Source of the DNA: Candidatus Bathyarchaeia archaeon
GTDB lineage: Archaea; Thermoproteota; Bathyarchaeia; 40CM-2-53-6
Assembly (NCBI GenBank): GCA_050013255.1
Contig: JBEKFP010000001.1
Coordinates: forward strand, 1-64,000
Length of the DNA stretch: 64,000 bases
Direction of reading: 5' to 3'
Part shown: positions 59,068 to 64,000 of the stretch, piece after piece
Layout: each line of letters opens with the position of its first letter
Position numbering within the stretch: the stretch's first letter is position 1
Position numbers and translations under genes: made by a program
The notes under the pieces: generated by a model
Database searches by the model: none
Told to the model about the DNA's origin: nothing
What the model saw: the letters and a program-made list of their open reading frames with translations, nothing else

Positions 59068-62000
59068 TTGGTGTATATCAAAAGAATCGACCTGAGAGGC
59101 TTCAAGACCTTCGGAAAGAAGGCGACTGTTCACCTCGACCGCGGTCTCACAATCGTAACCGGCCCGAACGGTTCTGGCAAATCGAACATTATTGACTCGG
59201 TAAAGTTCGCCCTTGGGGAACTGAGCGCCAAAGAGCTTAGAGGCGAAACGATAGGCGATTTGATTCACAAGGGAGCGATGGCTGCAACATCCCGCTCGGC
59301 TTGGGTTGCAGTACAATTTGACAATCATGACAGACGAATCCCGATAGATGCTGAAGCAGTCACGATCTCGCGAGAATTCCGCCGCGGGGGCGAGGGCATC
59401 TACCGGCTCAACGGAAGGAAGGTCTCCCGAAAGCAGCTGACGGACATTCTTTCCTCAGCAGACATCCAGGTGTCGGGCTATAACATCGTTCCACAGCACG
59501 CGATTACCCGTCTTGCTGAGGTTACCCCTGAAGAGCGGCGGACGATAATTGAAGATATGATTGGTATCGCCGTCTATGACACTAAGAAAGCCTCGGCACA
59601 AGTTGAACTACAAAAGGCCGATGTAAACCTCCAAGTAGCATCGGCAAAGATTGAGGAAGTCCGGCTCCGAGTTGAATCTCTTGAAAAGGAACGCAACGAC
59701 TACCTGAAGTACAAGCAGATTCAGAACGAGATTAGGGAACTTCAAGCCAAAGCGGTCTCCCATAAGATTAGGAAAGGACAACAAGAAGCCAGCGAGTTCG
59801 AACTGGACCTTCGCCAACATCAACAACAACTTCAGGAATTGAAAACCAGAAGAGATCAGATTATTCAGGAAAAAAGGAAGTTTGAATCCGAAAAGAGAGA
59901 GTACGAAGAAACGATAGCAGATAAGGGCAGCAGCAGGCTCCTCGAAGTTCAACGCAAAATGGGCGACATCAAGGCCACTATGGCGGGCCTAGAGGCACAG
60001 GTAAATGCTGCACAATCGAATACCAAATCGCTCCAAGAACAAAAGAGCGAACTCGAAAGGAACTCAACCGAAATACTCCAGAAAGTTAGCAACTCAAAGA
60101 ATGAACTCGCGGAACTCAGGCCATCCCGCGATGCGCTCATCAAGTCCATAGAGACAAAACAAGCCAACGTCAACGAATCATTCAGAGCGCTTACCGAACT
60201 AAGAGAGAAACTGGGCGCACGCAACAAAGAGGCCGAGGACCTAGAACGCACGATAGATAGCCTGACAAACAGGGTTGCCAGATTCACCTCGCAGATCAAA
60301 GCGAGTGCAACAAAAATTGATTTATTGAATAATCACTTGAAAACACTGCGCGCACGCAAGGAAGAATATGAGAACGCCCTTCAGAACGCCACAACCCATG
60401 TGGGCGAGCTACAGTCCGCAAAAAGTCAAGAGACCGAGAGTACAAATGAAGCGGACAGGAAAATTTCTGAATATGTGAAGATCAAACGTCAACGCGGAGA
60501 AGAGACGGAAAAAGCGAACGATGTCGCGAAACGTTCTGCTCTAGCAATCACGGAGATAGAAACACAGAAGAACATAACAGAGAGCTGGGCTTCTGACGAC
60601 AAAGCGCTCTCCTTAATCGAACAGATGGCTGAGGCGGGCGCTATCTCAGGCGTCTATGGACGGCTGGTCGACCTTGTCAAGGCGAAGGATGGTTACAGCA
60701 AAGCTGCCGAAGCCGCTGCCGCGGGTTGGATGAAAGCTCTTGTTATGAAAAACATTGAGACTGCTGTCTCTTGCATCGAGGTCCTGAAGAAAACGAAAGT
60801 GGGACGGGTCAAGCTCATTCCGCTCCAAGGCCTTACCCAGCCAAAGAACGTACGTGTTCCCAAAGAAATTCGGGGCATAATCGGCCCTATCACAGACAGC
60901 CTTGAATTTGCAGAACGCGTCAGGCCAGCTGTGAACTATGTCTTCGGTGACACTCTGCTAACCTCGAACCAGAAATCCGCATTCCTTGCGTCGCTCAAGG
61001 GCGTTCGAGCAGTCACACCCACAGGAGACCTATATGAGCCAGGCGGCGCGATGGAAACAGGGTACTTCAGGCAGCCTTTGGACGTATCAAAACTACTGTT
61101 GAAGGGCAAGACAATCGATCAGTTAAGAATCACGCTCTCGTCACTTGAGAAATTGGCGGTAAAGGCCAAAGAGGAAATTGCAAGGATAGACCAAGAAATT
61201 CTAGACCAACGCAACAGCAAAGGAAAGAGCCAAAACCTAATTCGGTCAACTGAGAGAGAAATCGCCACCTTCAAAGAAAACCTTGAACGATCCCACAAGG
61301 TAGTCGCAGATACCTCCCTGCGCATTGAGCAGATAACGCACGAAATCGGTACCGAGCAGGCGGTGCTCGAGGCCAGCGTATCCCAGAAGGAGAAGATTCA
61401 TGCCAAATTGGCGGAGTATGAGCAGACACGCAACTCTCTAAAGATCCGGTCACAGTCTGCTTTCCTCCTTGAGAGGGAAAACGAGCACTCAAAACTGGCT
61501 AGCGAACTCAGTGAACTCGTCCGAATGAAGATTGAAGCTGAGAGTCGGATTGAGTCCCTAACATCAACCGTGACGGCAATAGAGCCAACCGCTGAACAAA
61601 CGAAGATTCAATCCACGGGTATTGACAGGCAACTGGAAAAACTCAAGTCAGAACTGACATTCGCCCAAGCTGAGCTCACGAAATATGAAGAAGGATTGAA
61701 GCAGCTTGAAACAGCGAGGGATCACCTCTCCGGAGAACTCGCTGGGGTCAGAGTCAAACGGGAAGAGTATAATTCACAACTTCGTGAAATGGATACAGAA
61801 ATAAACGAACTCCTCGACAAGCTTGACCCATTGAACACCAAGAGCGCAAACCTAACCGCTTCACTCAAGCATACGCAAATGCAAATCGACTTCTACATGA
61901 ACGAGCTGAAAGAACTAGGATGCACCGAAGCAGTGGAAGTCACCGACGGTGAAATCCAAAAGGTGGAGAGCACACTCCCCGTCCTCAAGAAGGAACTGGC

Positions 62001-62619
62001 TGAGATAGGGGGCGTCAATGAACTCGCCGCTTCACAATACGACGAAGTCAAAGAAAATTACAAGCACCTGGCCACAAGAATTTATGAGCTCGAAAAAGAG
62101 AAAATGTCCATAGTCCAATTCATGAACGAAGTGGACCAACAGAAACTTGAAGCCTTCATGAAAGCGTTCAACCAAGTCAGTGAATCGTTCAACCAAATTT
62201 TCTCAACAGTCACAAGCGGGTTTGGAAGGCTCTTTCTTGAGAAACCCGAAAATCCCTTCGAGGCAGGCGCGGACATAAGACTGCAATTCCCTGGAAAAAC
62301 AGAGATGACGATTGGAAGTGCCAGCGGCGGCGAAAAATCTGTCGGTACGGTTTGTTTCATATTGGCCCTGCAAGCCATCCATCCGATGCCCTTCTACATG
62401 ATGGATGAAATAGACGCTCACCTAGACGTGGTTAATTCGCAGCGGCTTGCGGAATTGCTCAAATCAAAGTCAAAGGGTTCCCAATTCATCATCGTCTCAT
62501 TGAAGGATGTGACCATATCTCGTGGAGATGCGGTCTATGGGGTCTTCATTCAGGAAGGGGTCTCTCAAGTAGTTAGCCTGCCAATGCAGGAGGTAAAGGC
62601 GATTGGAAGAGCTAACTAA
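59068..62619 (+). CDS. smc: chromosome segregation protein SMC
   Basis: GPNGSGKSN, coiled coils, hinge GVYGRL, SGGEKS, DEIDAHLD. Confidence 0.97.
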   Translation: MVYIKRIDLRGFKTFGKKATVHLDRGLTIVTGPNGSGKSNIIDSVKFALGELSAKELRGETIGDLIHKGAMAATSRSAWVAVQFDNHDRRIPIDAEAVTISREFRRGGEGIYRLNGRKVSRKQLTDILSSADIQVSGYNIVPQHAITRLAEVTPEERRTIIEDMIGIAVYDTKKASAQVELQKADVNLQVASAKIEEVRLRVESLEKERNDYLKYKQIQNEIRELQAKAVSHKIRKGQQEASEFELDLRQHQQQLQELKTRRDQIIQEKRKFESEKREYEETIADKGSSRLLEVQRKMGDIKATMAGLEAQVNAAQSNTKSLQEQKSELERNSTEILQKVSNSKNELAELRPSRDALIKSIETKQANVNESFRALTELREKLGARNKEAEDLERTIDSLTNRVARFTSQIKASATKIDLLNNHLKTLRARKEEYENALQNATTHVGELQSAKSQETESTNEADRKISEYVKIKRQRGEETEKANDVAKRSALAITEIETQKNITESWASDDKALSLIEQMAEAGAISGVYGRLVDLVKAKDGYSKAAEAAAAGWMKALVMKNIETAVSCIEVLKKTKVGRVKLIPLQGLTQPKNVRVPKEIRGIIGPITDSLEFAERVRPAVNYVFGDTLLTSNQKSAFLASLKGVRAVTPTGDLYEPGGAMETGYFRQPLDVSKLLLKGKTIDQLRITLSSLEKLAVKAKEEIARIDQEILDQRNSKGKSQNLIRSTEREIATFKENLERSHKVVADTSLRIEQITHEIGTEQAVLEASVSQKEKIHAKLAEYEQTRNSLKIRSQSAFLLERENEHSKLASELSELVRMKIEAESRIESLTSTVTAIEPTAEQTKIQSTGIDRQLEKLKSELTFAQAELTKYEEGLKQLETARDHLSGELAGVRVKREEYNSQLREMDTEINELLDKLDPLNTKSANLTASLKHTQMQIDFYMNELKELGCTEAVEVTDGEIQKVESTLPVLKKELAEIGGVNELAASQYDEVKENYKHLATRIYELEKEKMSIVQFMNEVDQQKLEAFMKAFNQVSESFNQIFSTVTSGFGRLFLEKPENPFEAGADIRLQFPGKTEMTIGSASGGEKSVGTVCFILALQAIHPMPFYMMDEIDAHLDVVNSQRLAELLKSKSKGSQFIIVSLKDVTISRGDAVYGVFIQEGVSQVVSLPMQEVKAIGRAN

Positions 62620-63274
62620 GCCGTTCTGGCTACGGCCCCCCTACCTCATCCTCTTCGACCTGTTGAGGCTCCACAGAGTCAAACCTTGGGATGTCGACAT
62701 AACCAACCTGCTGAACACGTTCCTAGCTGAAATGAAGAAAAACGGCTATATCGACTTCTCCGCATCAGGCACGGCCCTACTCTCCTCATCAGTCGTTCAC
62801 CGAATGAAATCTGAACTGGTACTGAAAATGGAAGCGCCGCCAAAACCACCGGTCGCTAGACCCGACGTGGAAATTCCGCCACCCCTGCCGTTTCCGCTTC
62901 GGTTTGAATACACCTCCACTTCCGTCGCTGAGATTCTCCGCACGCTGCAGGAGGTTTTGGAGAATGAGAAAGCAGTACTCGCGAAGAAACCATTCATCCT
63001 GAGCCCCCCATCAGTCTTTGAACAATTGGACGTATTTCTGGCGAATATCGAGGAGAACATCGAGAACTTCTTTGCAGAGATCATCAAGCTCAGCATCAGG
63101 GGGTTACCGCTCTCCTTCAAAGATCTAGTAAAGGACCGAACGTTTATCGAAGCAGTTCGAATTTTCATAATGTTACTTTTCTTAGCCAATGAGAAGAAGA
63201 TACTACTCACGCAGGACGAACAAGGTTTGGACCTATTCATCCGATTAGGGGAGGTGTCGCCATCAATTGCTTGA
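62603..63274 (+). CDS. scpA: kleisin ScpA
   Basis: PWDVDI; FIMLLFLA; lies between smc and scpB. Confidence 0.85.
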   Translation: MEELTKPFWLRPPYLILFDLLRLHRVKPWDVDITNLLNTFLAEMKKNGYIDFSASGTALLSSSVVHRMKSELVLKMEAPPKPPVARPDVEIPPPLPFPLRFEYTSTSVAEILRTLQEVLENEKAVLAKKPFILSPPSVFEQLDVFLANIEENIENFFAEIIKLSIRGLPLSFKDLVKDRTFIEAVRIFIMLLFLANEKKILLTQDEQGLDLFIRLGEVSPSIA

Positions 63275-63884
63275 AACACCCCCTGAACCCACTCTGACCG
63301 TCCCGAGAGCAAAAGCAAAGCTAGCCTTGATAGAGGCCGCCCTCTACGTTACGGGCAAACCATTGGACCTTAAGACACTCGGCTCAGTTGTTGGATTTCG
63401 ATCGGAAGACAAGGTAAAAGAACTCGCCCGAACGTTGAAGGACAAGTACGGAAAAGACGAAAGTTCGCTAGAAGTGTTAGAGCTGAGCGACGGCCGCTTT
63501 GTAATGCAACTGAAACCGCAGTACGTGCGGCATGTTAAGCGGCTTGCGACGCGGCAACTTCTCACTCCCGGCCCAATGAGGACGCTATCCTTTATCGCCT
63601 TCAGGCAACCTGTCACTCAATCCTACCTTGCAAAGGTCAGAGGGAGCCTAACCTACTCACACGTTAAGCAGCTTCGAGAAACGGGGCTCATTGCAGAAGA
63701 GAGACTGGGGCGAACGAAGATGCTCCGGACGACTCCAAACTTCTCTGATTACTTCAACCTCAGTCATGACATGCCCGCCATGAAGAAACAGCTGGAAAAA
63801 CTCTTTGAGAACATCAAAACGGAGAAACCGCCGCAGAAGTCCAGCCCGACACCCGAAAAAGAGAAAGTTCTAAGTCCCCAGTAG
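63267..63884 (+). CDS. scpB: SMC complex subunit ScpB
   Basis: IEAALY, TLSFIAFRQPVTQ, VRG, TTPNFSDYF. Confidence 0.93.
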   Translation: MLETPPEPTLTVPRAKAKLALIEAALYVTGKPLDLKTLGSVVGFRSEDKVKELARTLKDKYGKDESSLEVLELSDGRFVMQLKPQYVRHVKRLATRQLLTPGPMRTLSFIAFRQPVTQSYLAKVRGSLTYSHVKQLRETGLIAEERLGRTKMLRTTPNFSDYFNLSHDMPAMKKQLEKLFENIKTEKPPQKSSPTPEKEKVLSPQ

Positions 63885-64000
63885 AAATAAGATAGTAATG
63901 CAATATTGGTTTTGAGGCGCCGCGAATGGTTATGGTTGAATTTAACAAGCTGAAAGAAACTGTCGATATCTTCATCCCAAGAACTACGGAGGGTGCGTCA

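Noticed and set aside
62310-62345. SMC signature ASGGE instead of LSGGE as a sign of inactivation
   Set aside because: The SGGE core, Walker A/B and D-loop are intact, and the first position is variable.
63926-64000. ORF starting at the window edge
   Set aside because: Only 25 codons are visible, so it cannot be assigned.

Overview
Archaeal chromosome segment, most consistent with a TACK lineage such as Bathyarchaeia (two thermosome subunits, aIF-1, ABCE1, Cgi121, GPN GTPase, SMC-ScpA-ScpB, tRNAs with bulge-helix-bulge (BHB) introns). The taxon is inferred from gene content only. Housekeeping blocks lie at about 26-32.6 kb and 45.9-64 kb. Three things stand out. (1) At 37.85-42.33 kb, four single-gene modules (two paralogous unknown proteins, two PD-(D/E)xK-like nucleases) are separated by five related sites with a CGCACCA core and (CA)n/(TG)n arms, in strictly alternating orientation. 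Some copies have the spacing of a tRNA 3' end. This is a candidate recombination-driven cassette array, and no recombinase is visible in the window. (2) A tRNA-Glu(CUC) gene carries four BHB-type introns. (3) A 13-kb Mg2+/polyphosphate island (MgtA-like ATPase, PPK2, CYTH, PPK1, two CHAD fusions, PPX) lies between an intact two-intron tRNA-Ile(CAU) and a decayed three-intron paralogue with a UAU anticodon. Several microproteins under 60 aa that are missing from the ORF track were read by hand. All family assignments are by motif recognition; no database searches were run.
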